Assembly (NCBI GenBank): GCA_039189765.1
Contig: JBCCYL010000004.1
Location: 32,001-96,000 of the forward strand
Direction of reading: 5' to 3'
DNA length: 64,000 nt
Source: Cyanobacteria bacterium P01_F01_bin.150
GTDB taxonomy: Bacteria; Cyanobacteriota; Cyanobacteriia; CAKZMO01
The notes beneath the pieces are model-generated. The model did not search any database. It saw nothing but the letters and a program-made list of their open reading frames with translations, and was not told the DNA's origin. Shown here piece after piece: positions 18,920 through 29,388 of the stretch (position 1 is the stretch's first letter; every line of letters starts with the position of its first letter). A program made the position numbers and the translations under genes.

Positions 18920-20209
18920 ATGGCCAAAACACTCAAAATGGGACTGATCATTTGGGCTGCTTTGATAGGGGGGCTGCTGCTTTTGGCTGGCCTTGCCGTC
19001 TCCGCTTACTTTCTGGCGGACCCCAATCGGACGTTCTATCAGAAACGATTCTATGCCATTGTCAGCCAACCCCAGTTACCGGATACTGGCGACTCAATTA
19101 TTTTAGAAGGCTGGCATGAAACCAAGCGCGATCGCCGTAATCCTGTTTATTCCAAAGGTAGCGAAGCGGTCAATGGATTGTTTTTTATTAACTTGAACCA
19201 GCCCCAACTGACCCATTGGGTCGAATCTGTTCCATCTAGGCCCTTTGACCAGAACAATACCTCTCAAATTATTGGGCAAGGACACCGTCCTAAGCAGATG
19301 ACTCTTTTGCCAGACGGCACCTACACCCTGCAATCCTATCCCGATGCCCTACAGCAACGATTGAACCAAGGCGATATCATCACCATTGCGTTAGCTGCGG
19401 ACGGTCAGGCGTTGGCCTATACGAAGAGCGATCGCCATGCTCCCATTGTGATTGACCCACTGGATGGGTCCCCTGGGCAGGAAATTTTGGCCGATTTTCC
19501 AGACATGATCCAGACCCTGATCTGGAGCCATGACGGTCAGTCTTTAATTCTATCCAGTTGTGACGTGACCACCCATGGGGGACAGGAGCCAGGAACGCTA
19601 GCCTCTTTATATCGCGTCAATGCTGACGGTACCGGACTACAGCAATTGACGCTGGAATCTGAGCCAGCCACTTGTCATCAGCACAGCGGTATCGTCAATG
19701 ACCTGATCAGCCTCCCAGACGGTAACCTAATCTATGTTTATGGCGATACGGGCAGCCATCACCATTGGCAACCGCAAGCGATCGTTCTCCTGAACCCTAA
19801 AACGGGCGAACGCCAGCAGCTAGAGTCCATTCAAACGGGCTTTGCCCATCTCAAACTGCTGCAGGATCAGCATACTATTGCCTATTTGCATCAAGGGGCA
19901 CTCTATCGTCGTCCTCTCACCGACTCTGGAACGACCGACTCTGGGACTGCTGAACTGATTTTTGCCCATCCAGATGGAAGGATTATCGACTTTGTTGAAT
20001 CGCCAGACGCGCAACAATTTGCCTATAAAGTGGTCTTTGATCATGAGTCAATTTTTGTACATCCCAGTGATACCTGGAGTCCCGGTATGGGTGGAGTTTC
20101 CTTTTTCAATGCTGAAGTATGGGTTGTGAATGCCAATGGAACCGCTTCACGACCACTGATCGATCAACATATCAACCCTAAGTTGATCGACTGGTATGGC
20201 GGTATCTAA
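18920..20209 (+). CDS. Membrane-anchored TolB-like beta-propeller protein
   Basis: N-terminal TM; WSHDGQSL, LYRVNADGTG, VWVVNANGT repeats. Confidence 0.6.
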   Translation: MAKTLKMGLIIWAALIGGLLLLAGLAVSAYFLADPNRTFYQKRFYAIVSQPQLPDTGDSIILEGWHETKRDRRNPVYSKGSEAVNGLFFINLNQPQLTHWVESVPSRPFDQNNTSQIIGQGHRPKQMTLLPDGTYTLQSYPDALQQRLNQGDIITIALAADGQALAYTKSDRHAPIVIDPLDGSPGQEILADFPDMIQTLIWSHDGQSLILSSCDVTTHGGQEPGTLASLYRVNADGTGLQQLTLESEPATCHQHSGIVNDLISLPDGNLIYVYGDTGSHHHWQPQAIVLLNPKTGERQQLESIQTGFAHLKLLQDQHTIAYLHQGALYRRPLTDSGTTDSGTAELIFAHPDGRIIDFVESPDAQQFAYKVVFDHESIFVHPSDTWSPGMGGVSFFNAEVWVVNANGTASRPLIDQHINPKLIDWYGGI

Positions 20210-20306
20210 TCGCGTTAAGTACAGTTGTTGTGTGGGGTGCGAACACACAACAACAAAACATCACACAACTAATGCTGCCTACCGGACATCCCCATCGCAA
20301 GGGTCT

Positions 20307-21806
20307 TTAAACAAAATCAGCCCGATTGATTTGATTGGCCCTGACGCCTTTAAGGACCGCCAGATCATCATTACCGTCACTGATCATCAGATTTTTCCCT
20401 TTTTGGGTGAACGTCACATCTTGGAAACCCAATCGTTTGGGCAGGGATAATTTATCTTGGCCATTCTTGAAATCCTGAACCAGGTCAAATCCCGGCCCTT
20501 TACTTAGAACGAACACATCGTTGCCTTTCCCCCCCTTGACCTTGTCTTTGTTTTTGCCACCTATTAAGCGATCGTTGCCGTTGCCGCCGACCAGATTATC
20601 GTTACCCGTGCCCGCCTTGAGCAGATCATCGCCATTGCCACCTTTAAGTCGATCGTTATCTCCACCTCCAATGAGAACGTCATCGTTATCCAGACCAAAA
20701 AGCTTATCTTTTCCCTTTTTGCCAATGATCCGGTTTTTGCCTGCATCTCCAATTAGGCGATCGCCCTTCTTCGTTCCCACAATTTTGGCTTGAAAAGAGG
20801 GTGGCACAACAGGCTCCTGGTTATTGCCAGGATTGGTAGGAGGCGGGGAAACAGGTGTCTCGGTATTGTTGCCAGGATTGTTAGAGGGCGGTGGGTTGCT
20901 CGTACTGCCATAGCCGAAGGTACTGGTTGTTCGTTCATCAACACGACCACTTGCAGAGTTATCTTTATCGACGCTGGAGGTGGCCAGTTGACCGCTACTG
21001 TTGTAGGTCAGGAGGGTGGTGGTGCGTTCATCTGTAGTGTCATCACCATTATTGTCTCGATTGTTGATGACGGACGTCACTCGGCCATCTGTATAGCTGA
21101 ATGTAAGACTGTTACGAAAAATCGCGTTCGTGCCCTGACTAATCGTGTTGACAACAGAGGTGAGTTGACCACTGGTGTTGTAGCTAAATGCGATATTTGC
21201 AGTAGATTCAACAAAGCCATCATTATTATTATCAAATTCTCGCTCAATGCTGGTTAATTGGTTGCCGTTAAAAACAGAGGTTTCTACCAACCTAGAGGTT
21301 GAGTCGATCACGCCATCTGCATTGGAATCAGTCTCAGTAACCATTGTCACCGTGTTGCCGCCATTGGTGTAGGTCAAAATAGAGGTGTTTTGACAGTCAA
21401 TTTGGCCATCAAAATTGGTATCCAAGGTGGTAATAACTGAAGTGGGGGCATTCCCGCCATTGCCGTAGATGGAGCTGGATATAGAGCGAACGTTCGTTTG
21501 GCCATCCCCAGTCGTGTCAATATCCAGGGTGAAACCATCTAATTCATCGCTGCTGTTGTAGGAATTACTAATCTCGATATTGTTTTCGACCGTGCCATTG
21601 GCTCCGTTATCAATCTCTAAAGATTGAGAGAGGTTGTTGCCCCCAGCATCATAGGCATAGGTGCCGCTCGTTCGTCGCTCAATAGATCCATCTGCACCCA
21701 AATCTTCATCTATTGTTGCAGTCGTGTAGCTTGTCTGAATGGCAGAAACTTGACCCGGCAAATTAAACGGATCAAGCGTCCTGTAATCAATTTCAGGAAT
21801 GGCCAT
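20307..21806 (-). CDS. Secreted Ca-binding protein: DxNxDGxxD/YD-like repeats, Pro/Asn linker, C-terminal RTX repeats
   Basis: GGxGxDxLxG nonapeptides and DLVQDFKNGQDKL..ADF C-terminus; GAAGGAG SD. Confidence 0.8.
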   Translation of the reverse strand: MAIPEIDYRTLDPFNLPGQVSAIQTSYTTATIDEDLGADGSIERRTSGTYAYDAGGNNLSQSLEIDNGANGTVENNIEISNSYNSSDELDGFTLDIDTTGDGQTNVRSISSSIYGNGGNAPTSVITTLDTNFDGQIDCQNTSILTYTNGGNTVTMVTETDSNADGVIDSTSRLVETSVFNGNQLTSIEREFDNNNDGFVESTANIAFSYNTSGQLTSVVNTISQGTNAIFRNSLTFSYTDGRVTSVINNRDNNGDDTTDERTTTLLTYNSSGQLATSSVDKDNSASGRVDERTTSTFGYGSTSNPPPSNNPGNNTETPVSPPPTNPGNNQEPVVPPSFQAKIVGTKKGDRLIGDAGKNRIIGKKGKDKLFGLDNDDVLIGGGDNDRLKGGNGDDLLKAGTGNDNLVGGNGNDRLIGGKNKDKVKGGKGNDVFVLSKGPGFDLVQDFKNGQDKLSLPKRLGFQDVTFTQKGKNLMISDGNDDLAVLKGVRANQINRADFV

Positions 21807-22036
21807 GGGGATTCTCCTTCAGTACGTGATGATTGAAATAATGGGGTATCCAATTTGAGGATCGATACCCGTAATCACACGAAAGAGTATAAGGAGTGAC
21901 AGAATAGCACCCGAAGAATTAACCTAAAGTATTAATTTTCTATGGAGGAATTTTGTTACAATCCCTTTGTAACGCAAATTGCATTACGACTTTTAAAGTA
22001 GCAGCGAACAATGATCTTTGAGACAAAGGAACTACG

Positions 22037-23536
22037 CTACGTCGCTCCTGAAAACGCAGCCCCAATCGCATCGACTACTCGTTTAACGTGAATGATATCC
22101 ATCTCAATTTCTATTTCTGGTGATGCGGCAGGAATGATAGCCCTCGTAAATCCTAGCTTGAGTGCTTCTCTGAGTCGCCGCTCCATTTGGGATACAGCCC
22201 GGACTTGACCTCCCAAACCCACCTCTCCAATTAGGACGGTGCCCGAGTCGACAACGCGATCGCGAAAACTTGCCGCTACCGCCACTGCAACGCCCAAATC
22301 AGCAGCAGGTTCTCCCACATTTAGCCCTCCAGATGAGGCAACATAGGCATCTAACTTAGACAGGGGAATCCCCACCCGCTTTTCCAACACGGCTAAAATT
22401 TGCAGCAATCGATTATATTCAATACCTGTGGTTGAGCGACGTGGGGACGCATAGCTGGTGGGACTGACTAAGGCCTGTAGCTCTACCAGCAGAGGACGGG
22501 TTCCTTCACAGGCCACAATAGTAGCAATCCCAGGCACCTGTTCGTCTTGATTGCCCATAAACAGCTCGGAAGGATTTAACACCTCGGTCAGCCCCTGGTC
22601 TGCCATCTCGAACACTCCCAATTCTTGGGTTGCCCCAAAGCGATTTTTCACCGAGCGCAACAGGCGATGGCTGGCAAAGCGATCGCCTTCAAAATACAGC
22701 ACCGTATCCACCAAGTGTTCCAAAACTTTGGGGCCTGCGATCGCGCCCTCTTTTGTGACATGGCCCACAATCAACAGAGTAATATTGTCCCGTTTAGCAA
22801 TATGCATTAAAGCCGAGGTGCATTCTCGAACTTGGGACACTGAACCAGGGGCAGAATTTAAAGCTGAAAAGTAAAGGGCTTGGATGCTATCAATAATAGC
22901 AACTTCAGGATGTAACGAATTGAGTTCCGCAAGCACTGTCTCCAAATTTGTTTCCGGCAACACGTAAAAGTCCTGTTCAGCTACAGCAGCGTTTTTTTTA
23001 GGTTTAGGTTTAGCTTCATTTTTAGGGTTAGCTAATGTTGAGCTAGATTGGGTTACCCCTAGCCGCTGGGCACGGAGCTTAACCTGCTGCCCCGATTCTT
23101 CGGCACAGACGTAAAGAACAGTGTGCGATCGCCCTAGCTGATTAGCCACTTGTAGCAACAGCGTTGATTTCCCAATGCCCGGATCGCCACCGACTAAGAC
23201 TAACGAGCCTGGAACCATCCCTCCGCCAAGGACCCGATCTAGCTCTCCATAGCCAGAAGAGAGGCGTGTAAAGGTGTGGTCAGTAATTTGGGGCAATGTT
23301 AATGACACCAGCGGCTTGGGTTTCGCAGAAGAAGAGGCTGTCCGCCCAGACTGCACCAATGCGGTTCTTGCTTCCCCGATTGCCCCGGCAGATCGCAAGG
23401 ATGACTTAGATGGGGTTTCTGGAATGGCTTCCTCCACCATCGAATTCCAGCTACCGCAAGCAGGACATTTGCCAAAATATTGGTGAGAATCGGCACCACA
23501 TTCCTGACATACATACCGAGAACGAGCTTTAGGCAT
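22037..23536 (-). CDS. radA: DNA repair protein RadA/Sms
   Basis: C4 zinc finger, GDPGIGKST, KNRFG, Lon-like C-terminus. Confidence 0.97.
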   Translation of the reverse strand: MPKARSRYVCQECGADSHQYFGKCPACGSWNSMVEEAIPETPSKSSLRSAGAIGEARTALVQSGRTASSSAKPKPLVSLTLPQITDHTFTRLSSGYGELDRVLGGGMVPGSLVLVGGDPGIGKSTLLLQVANQLGRSHTVLYVCAEESGQQVKLRAQRLGVTQSSSTLANPKNEAKPKPKKNAAVAEQDFYVLPETNLETVLAELNSLHPEVAIIDSIQALYFSALNSAPGSVSQVRECTSALMHIAKRDNITLLIVGHVTKEGAIAGPKVLEHLVDTVLYFEGDRFASHRLLRSVKNRFGATQELGVFEMADQGLTEVLNPSELFMGNQDEQVPGIATIVACEGTRPLLVELQALVSPTSYASPRRSTTGIEYNRLLQILAVLEKRVGIPLSKLDAYVASSGGLNVGEPAADLGVAVAVAASFRDRVVDSGTVLIGEVGLGGQVRAVSQMERRLREALKLGFTRAIIPAASPEIEIEMDIIHVKRVVDAIGAAFSGAT

Positions 23537-23564
23537 GATTAATTTAAACCTAACCTTTTACGCA

Positions 23565-23710
23565 GGGATATCAACGTAAGGAGGGAAATAGGGGCGCGAC
23601 GCGCCCCCATTTCCCACAAACTTGTTCCGCCTTAAGTTGGAACCCATACTAGAGTACCAACTTAAGGTGGGAAATGGACGCGACGCGCCCATTTCCCACA
23701 AACTTGTTCC
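23565..23710 (-). mobile_element. Two tandem MITE/REP-like elements (subfamily 2): 23565-23645 complete, 23652-23710 truncated
   Basis: GGGATATCAACGTAAGG..GGGAAAT..GCGCGACGCGC..ATTTCCCACAAACTTGTTCCGCCTTAAGTTGGAACCC, then repeated. Confidence 0.85.
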
Positions 23711-23732
23711 ACAACTCAATCAGGCTGCTGGC

Positions 23733-24290
23733 TTAATCCTTATAGTCAATGGTGAATGATATCTCTGGTTTAGCAACAGGGGAATTAATAAATGTAGGTA
23801 GTTGAGGGTCTGAGGACTTAGCCTCCTCATGCTGCTCAGAACATCTATTTTTAGGCGATAGAACCTGTGTGGATGCATGCTTCCTCGAGGGTGAAGCCGC
23901 GACCTTTCTTTGTCCCGGAGTCCTATGGGAAGCCGTGGGAGAAATCTTAGGGGAAGCCGTAGGAGAAATCTTAGGGGAAATCGAGCGATCGCGCTTTCCA
24001 ATTAGGTTGGGCAGGGATGGTGAAACGGCTCTTTGGGGTTTAGAGCATTTCTCTCGGCTGTCATCTATTGTTCTGCCACGCGTTGTCGTTTGAGCCTCAG
24101 GCATAGAAGGCAATAGATTATTAGCCATCTTTTCATCCGCATCAATCACCTGCACCTGGGGCAAATCAAGGCCCTTGGACAATGCCCTGGGTTTCTGGCG
24201 ATTAGATGCGAACGCCAAGATAGCACCGCCCAGAGCGACGATAGGAAAGGGTAAATCAACCAAAGGAAGCCAGCTAATCACCATTATCAT
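23733..24290 (-). CDS. Conserved cyanobacterial hypothetical protein
   Basis: LPFPIVALGGAILAFASN N-terminal segment, low-complexity middle with 24-bp duplication, ISFTI C-terminus. Confidence 0.55.
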   Translation of the reverse strand: MIMVISWLPLVDLPFPIVALGGAILAFASNRQKPRALSKGLDLPQVQVIDADEKMANNLLPSMPEAQTTTRGRTIDDSREKCSKPQRAVSPSLPNLIGKRDRSISPKISPTASPKISPTASHRTPGQRKVAASPSRKHASTQVLSPKNRCSEQHEEAKSSDPQLPTFINSPVAKPEISFTIDYKD

Positions 24291-24495
24291 GCATGGGTTA
24301 TCGACAAAGCACAGCCATCATCATGTTAGTTAAGATATGATTTCCCTTCACTGGGCGAAGGGAAATCATATTTATGTTCAAATAGTGTCCACTGGCTATA
24401 TGACCGGATCGTATCATTCTTAACACAAAAAAACACATAGATTTGGGCGTAAAATAAGTTGCCGTATGAGCCCAACTTAAACCGAGGAGTTACCC

Positions 24496-25218
24496 GTGTC
24501 CTTTCGTGCAATCGCCTTTCCTGATCTGTCTAAAGCAACTGCCACCAATACATCTGCTACCAATGCATCTGACCGCCTTCAGCTAGTGTTACTCCATGGG
24601 TGGGGGGCAAACGCCCAAGATGTGGCGGCAATGGCTCCCTATCTCCTGAAAGAAGTAGATTCCTCTCGGCTGCAAATGCTGTTTCCAGACGGGACCTATC
24701 CCCATATGGTTCAAGGGAGCATGGGGATGCCAGGGGGCCGTATGTGGTACGACCTCCCGGCTGACTACACCTTTGGATCCTCGATTGATGCATCTCAAGA
24801 TAAAGCGCCACCAGAAGACTTACTAAAAAGCCGCAATCTATTGCTAGAGTGGCTGCAAAGCCTTGAGAGCCAAACCGGTATTCCCCTATCTCGTACGATC
24901 CTTGCCGGGTTTTCCCAAGGGGGAGCCATGACCTTAGATGTTGGTACGCGGTTACCTTTGGCAGGGTTAATGGTTCTAAGCGGCTATCTTCATGAAAATT
25001 TAAGCAATCGTCCATCCTCCCTGCCTCCCATACTGATGGTTCATGGTCGTCAGGATCCAGTTGTGCCAGTCACTGCGGCTCATCAATCTCGGGATCGGCT
25101 TATTCAGCTACAAGCAGCGCTTGAGTATCATGAACTAGATATGGGACATGACATTCCGTTAACAGTTCTCGAACTTATGCAAACTTTTGTAGGCCGTATC
25201 CTTGTTTCCTTGGGATAG
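24496..25218 (+). CDS. Alpha/beta hydrolase (phospholipase/carboxylesterase)
   Basis: LHGWGAN, GFSQGG nucleophile, HGRQDPVVP, MGH. Confidence 0.9.
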   Translation: MSFRAIAFPDLSKATATNTSATNASDRLQLVLLHGWGANAQDVAAMAPYLLKEVDSSRLQMLFPDGTYPHMVQGSMGMPGGRMWYDLPADYTFGSSIDASQDKAPPEDLLKSRNLLLEWLQSLESQTGIPLSRTILAGFSQGGAMTLDVGTRLPLAGLMVLSGYLHENLSNRPSSLPPILMVHGRQDPVVPVTAAHQSRDRLIQLQAALEYHELDMGHDIPLTVLELMQTFVGRILVSLG

Positions 25219-25385
25219 ATAGAAAGGAAATGTTCTAATAGATGTAGGACATCAGTGGCATCAGTAATAACAACGAGGCTATCATATGCCTAGTAGCATT
25301 TTTTACTTCATCTTGTGGAGTATTTAATTCTTGACATAAGCGTTATTCGACCTGAATACACCCTGAGCGGAAATGGGAGGCTGAT

Positions 25386-25598
25386 ATGACGACACTGACA
25401 TTTTCTAACAAAGATGTAGCAACAGTAACTGAGAACGACATCGCCGATCTGGCGAAGCGCCTGGAACAGGATGATTATGCGAATCCGTTTGATGGGCTTA
25501 GTGATTGGCACTTTCTTCGGGCGATCGCATTTCAACGGCCAGATATGGTTGAACCTTATATCTATTTGCTTGAAATGGAAAACTATGATGAGTCTTAA
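25386..25598 (+). CDS. DUF2555 family small protein
   Basis: LAKRLEQDDYANPFDGLSDWHFLRAIAFQRP; GGGAGG SD; typical position upstream of coaBC. Confidence 0.85.
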   Translation: MTTLTFSNKDVATVTENDIADLAKRLEQDDYANPFDGLSDWHFLRAIAFQRPDMVEPYIYLLEMENYDES

Positions 25599-25718
25599 TG
25601 CACTCTCTGGCTACTGTTGAAAAATTATATTCGCTGTGATGGATAGCGATCGCGTAACTCATTTTACGAACTAGAGTCGTCGTAGAATATGAGATGCTCT
25701 AATCGGGTTAGATAACTC

Positions 25719-26972
25719 ATGGTTCTAGGCGACTCTGTTCACGGCAAGCACATCCTCATTGGCATTAGCGGCGGTGTAGCCGCGTATAAGGTCTGTGAAG
25801 TGGTTTCCACCCTGGCAAAGGCCGGTGCAGACGTTCAGGTTATTGTTACAAATGAAGCCCAGCGGTTTGTTTCTCCTCTAACCTTTGCTGCCTTGTCTCG
25901 TCACCCTGTCTATACCGATCAGGACTTTTGGTCTGCCCAACACCCTCGTCCCCTTCATATTTCCTTGGGAGAGTGGGCCGATGTTTTTCTTCTCGCTCCC
26001 CTCACGGCCCATTCCTTGGCTCAGCTTGCCTATGGACTAGCAGACAACTTAATGATGAATACGGTGTTGGCTTCCACTTGTCCGTTGCTACTGGCTCCGG
26101 CAATGAATACGGATATGTGGCAGCAAGAGACAGTACAACATAATTGGCAACAGGTCCAATCCCTGCGGCGTTGTCACACAGTGGGACCAAGACAGGGGCG
26201 TTTGGCATGCGATCGCGTTGGGACGGGTCGGATGGCTGAACCGTCTCAACTTATTACCCATCTCCAATCGCTACTGCAAACCCACGGAAACTCTGATTTG
26301 ATCGGACAGACAATCTTGGTTAGCGGTGGTAGTACCCGTGAACATCTGGACACGGTAAGATTTATCGGCAATCCTTCCACTGGAAAAATGGGTATCGCCC
26401 TCGCGCTAGCAGCTCATCATCGGGGAGCTGAAGTGATTTTTGTTCATGGCCCAATCGATAAAGCACTATTGGCTGATTTATCAGGCTTAGAAAAGTTACG
26501 TTCCATCTCTGTCCTTAGCGCCTCAGAAATGCATAAAGCCATGCTCCAGGAATTTTCGGATGCGAGCTGGACACTTATGGCAGCGGCTGTTGCGGATGTA
26601 AAACCGACTGATTATCATCCTAAAAAACTGCCGAAAGCTAAACTTCCTGATGCTATTGCGTTGAGTCTAGTTCCCGATATTATTGCGGACCTGGGGAAAC
26701 AAAAGCAGCCCCATCAAAAGCTGGTGGGATTTGCCGCCCAAACCGATGATATCGTTCCGCCTGCTCGGAGCAAGTTAACGCGGAAAAAATTAGATGCAAT
26801 TGTTGCTAATCCCATTGATCATGCTGGCAGCGGTTTTGGTAGCGATCAAAACCAAGGTGTTTTTCTGGATTGCCACGATCGACAGCGGCCTATTCCCCTC
26901 TGTACAAAGCTAGAGTTAGCTCATTATCTGCTCGATTTTATTAAAGAAATGGACGCAACTGTTAATGATTAA
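25719..26972 (+). CDS. coaBC: Phosphopantothenoylcysteine decarboxylase/ligase
   Basis: GGVAAYK, APAMNTDMW, GRMAEP, VRFIGNPSTGKMG, AAVAD, GFAAQ. Confidence 0.96.
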   Translation: MVLGDSVHGKHILIGISGGVAAYKVCEVVSTLAKAGADVQVIVTNEAQRFVSPLTFAALSRHPVYTDQDFWSAQHPRPLHISLGEWADVFLLAPLTAHSLAQLAYGLADNLMMNTVLASTCPLLLAPAMNTDMWQQETVQHNWQQVQSLRRCHTVGPRQGRLACDRVGTGRMAEPSQLITHLQSLLQTHGNSDLIGQTILVSGGSTREHLDTVRFIGNPSTGKMGIALALAAHHRGAEVIFVHGPIDKALLADLSGLEKLRSISVLSASEMHKAMLQEFSDASWTLMAAAVADVKPTDYHPKKLPKAKLPDAIALSLVPDIIADLGKQKQPHQKLVGFAAQTDDIVPPARSKLTRKKLDAIVANPIDHAGSGFGSDQNQGVFLDCHDRQRPIPLCTKLELAHYLLDFIKEMDATVND

Positions 26973-26983
26973 GAGTGTAATGA

Positions 26984-27349
26984 TTAATGGTGTTTCGTCT
27001 TAAATATAGCCGCTTCTAAAAGCTCTGACCGCCAGAGATTTGCCCGACACAGTTCTACACAATACTGATTGATCAAAGCTTGCTGTTGGTGGTTTCTCAG
27101 ATGGCCAAAGGTGTCGTAGTAGGCGATCGCATTGGCAATATCAGAAGAATCGCGTGGATTAATACCATGCTTTTCTAAGTGTAAGCGGTATAGTTTTTTC
27201 AACTGATATAGAGCAAGGCTCTTAACTAAGACCTTGGCTTCAGACTCTGATAGCCCTAACGCCATTACCGTACGCCACTCTAAGCAGCTTAACCCATCAC
27301 AGAATGGAAAATTAGATGATGGTATCGGACCTTCAGAAGCAGAGTACAT
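26984..27349 (-). CDS. Hypothetical protein
   Basis: 121-aa ORF filling the gap; no recognised motif. Confidence 0.55.
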   Translation of the reverse strand: MYSASEGPIPSSNFPFCDGLSCLEWRTVMALGLSESEAKVLVKSLALYQLKKLYRLHLEKHGINPRDSSDIANAIAYYDTFGHLRNHQQQALINQYCVELCRANLWRSELLEAAIFKTKHH

Positions 27350-27552
27350 ATCTAGAAAATGGGTAAGGCAACCCTGACCCTATATTGTGCCCATATACAA
27401 ACCAGCCTTTGATGTTGATTCAAGCAATATTAGACCTATTGCGGAAAAAACGACTTGATACAGCCATTGTTATACCAGCTAAGAGATTGTTTTCCCCGCG
27501 TACGGGGAAAAACAGAATTCATGGCTTAACCAGGAGTGTCTATGGTTGGGCG

Positions 27553-28311
27553 TTAGCTCTGGATGTATGAGTTCATCGCCGACTGGACGGAAGACAGGGC
27601 CTCCGTCAATTGACGAACCGCAGCCGCCATGGCAACTTGGCTATTGAGTTTGTTAATCGCAGAACCCACTCCTATACCGGATGCGCCAGACGCGATCGCC
27701 ATCGGAGCAGTCACGCTGGACAGTCCAGACGCGCAGAGAACAGGGACATCTACTACCCGTGAGATTTCATACGCTGCCGCCAACGTTGGTGCAGCTTTTT
27801 CAATCAACCCCAACGTCCCTCCATGGCTAGGTTTGCTACTAGTACCGCCCTCTGTTTGAATAATGTCAGCTCCAGCCTGTACCAACTGCTCTGCCAAATG
27901 GGCCTGCTGATCCAGCTCTAAAATATGAGGAACAGTGACAGAAAGAGTAACCTGAGGAAGAAGTCTACGTGTTCTCTGAGTTAACTCTAGAACCTCCGCT
28001 GCCTCAAAGCGACGCCCTTGAGCATAAAAAACGTCAAAGTTTCCAATTTCAATCAAGTCAGCTCCTGCTTGTACCGAAGCAACAAATGCTTCAGGGTCTA
28101 CCGCAGAGACGCAAATCGGCAATTCAGTTAAAGGACGTACCGCGCGAACCAGCTCGGCAGAAGCCGCAATATCCACGAACGTTGCCCCCCCTTGGTCTGC
28201 GGCTTTAACAACCGCGATTACATGGTCAACGTCAAAATTGCTTAGACCACTGATAATTTTCAAGGCACGCTTCTGAGAAAACGCGGTCTGGAGCGTTGAA
28301 GGAATAGTCAT
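27553..28311 (-). CDS. DUF561 (Ycf23) family protein
   Basis: LKIISGLSNFD, GGATFVDIAA, EIGNFD, QTEGG, GVGSAINKLN. Confidence 0.9.
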   Translation of the reverse strand: MTIPSTLQTAFSQKRALKIISGLSNFDVDHVIAVVKAADQGGATFVDIAASAELVRAVRPLTELPICVSAVDPEAFVASVQAGADLIEIGNFDVFYAQGRRFEAAEVLELTQRTRRLLPQVTLSVTVPHILELDQQAHLAEQLVQAGADIIQTEGGTSSKPSHGGTLGLIEKAAPTLAAAYEISRVVDVPVLCASGLSSVTAPMAIASGASGIGVGSAINKLNSQVAMAAAVRQLTEALSSVQSAMNSYIQS

Positions 28312-28872
28312 AGATTTTCTCACATGAAAAAGTAACGTTATGCATCATTGGGGCTCAACGTCATGTACGAAGCGTCCCCGCTTGCCGTCAATCTAAGCGG
28401 AACCATACGTCATGAGCAGAGTATGAGTAAAAATACCGCAATCCCCAAAATGCCTAGCAGTGAAGAGTTTAAGTTGTCTTGGCCATTCTGCCATGAAGCA
28501 GAACGCAATGACCATGATTGTAAGGAATATCTGCTTTGAACGGAAAATATCACGGACTATTACGACAATCTAGGCACCACATACCTCACCCCTTACAATA
28601 TCAGCGCAACCAACAGGATGCCGTCTTGACAATAATCTTAAGACTTACCAAAGTTGTCAATTTGCATTAGGAGCGGAGTTTCCAAATCTCCGCGCTTTGT
28701 AATTTCATCAAATCTTTACTTTGATTAAGATTTAAACTAAATTGTTCCTCCATGATAGATTCCTTAGGATTTGTGAGTAATTAAAGATGATTGTTGAATA
28801 GTTAATCGCCTATTGTTGTCACCATTTGTTATGTCGAACACTAGATTATTTTGTTAAGAACTGTTCTTTGAA

Positions 28873-28952
28873 GGGTTTCGTTTTAAGGCGAAACAAAAAT
28901 GACGGTGGTGTGAGCGCAACGCGCCCACACGATTTGTTTAGAGTTTATCCCC
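28873..28952 (+). mobile_element. MITE/REP-like element (subfamily 1), right end degenerate
   Basis: GGGTTTCGTTTTAAGGCGAAACAAAA..GGTGGTGTGAGCGCAACGCGCCCACAC. Confidence 0.75.
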
Positions 28953-29093
28953 TCATTGAAATAGGAAGATCGAAATTTAATGTCTCTTTCACCCTGTTTA
29001 CATGATCAGGGTTCCCTACGTTCACCTTTGATTTTGATAAAGTTCGTTTAATACCGAAAAGGGTTAGTAGCAGTGTAGAGTGTTGTGTTTCCA

Positions 29094-29131
29094 CTCTTTA
29101 CGTCGATAGCTATTGTTATCGACGTAAAGAG
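29094..29131. repeat. Perfect 15-bp inverted repeat (17 bp with G:U) in long intergenic region
   Basis: CTCTTTACGTCGATA-GCTATTGT-TATCGACGTAAAGAG. Confidence 0.85.
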
Positions 29132-29388
29132 CAATCAGCTTTTGCTGTAAATGTGGCCGTGAAAAATAGGGTAAAGCGAGGGAGCTTAAGCAAATCTGCC
29201 TTGTTTTCAGATGATAAAGGCTAATATTGTCTCATTTTTATAAAATTTGTGTGAGAAATATTTCCGGACTTTGTAACGTTCTAAATGATGCTGGGTACTC
29301 TATGTTCTGGGTCATTGGCTCTCCCTATTCTTTCAATGTTGGGATTACCCATTTATATTTATCCATTTGGTAACTACGAGGTAAGTTC

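Noticed and set aside
23565..23710. Possible CRISPR mini-array
   Set aside because: Two long palindromic units without unique spacers, members of a dispersed family; no cas genes in the window
24291..24325. Possible frameshifted N-terminus (WLCFV) of the hypothetical gene 23733-24290
   Set aside because: Too short to distinguish from chance without alignments
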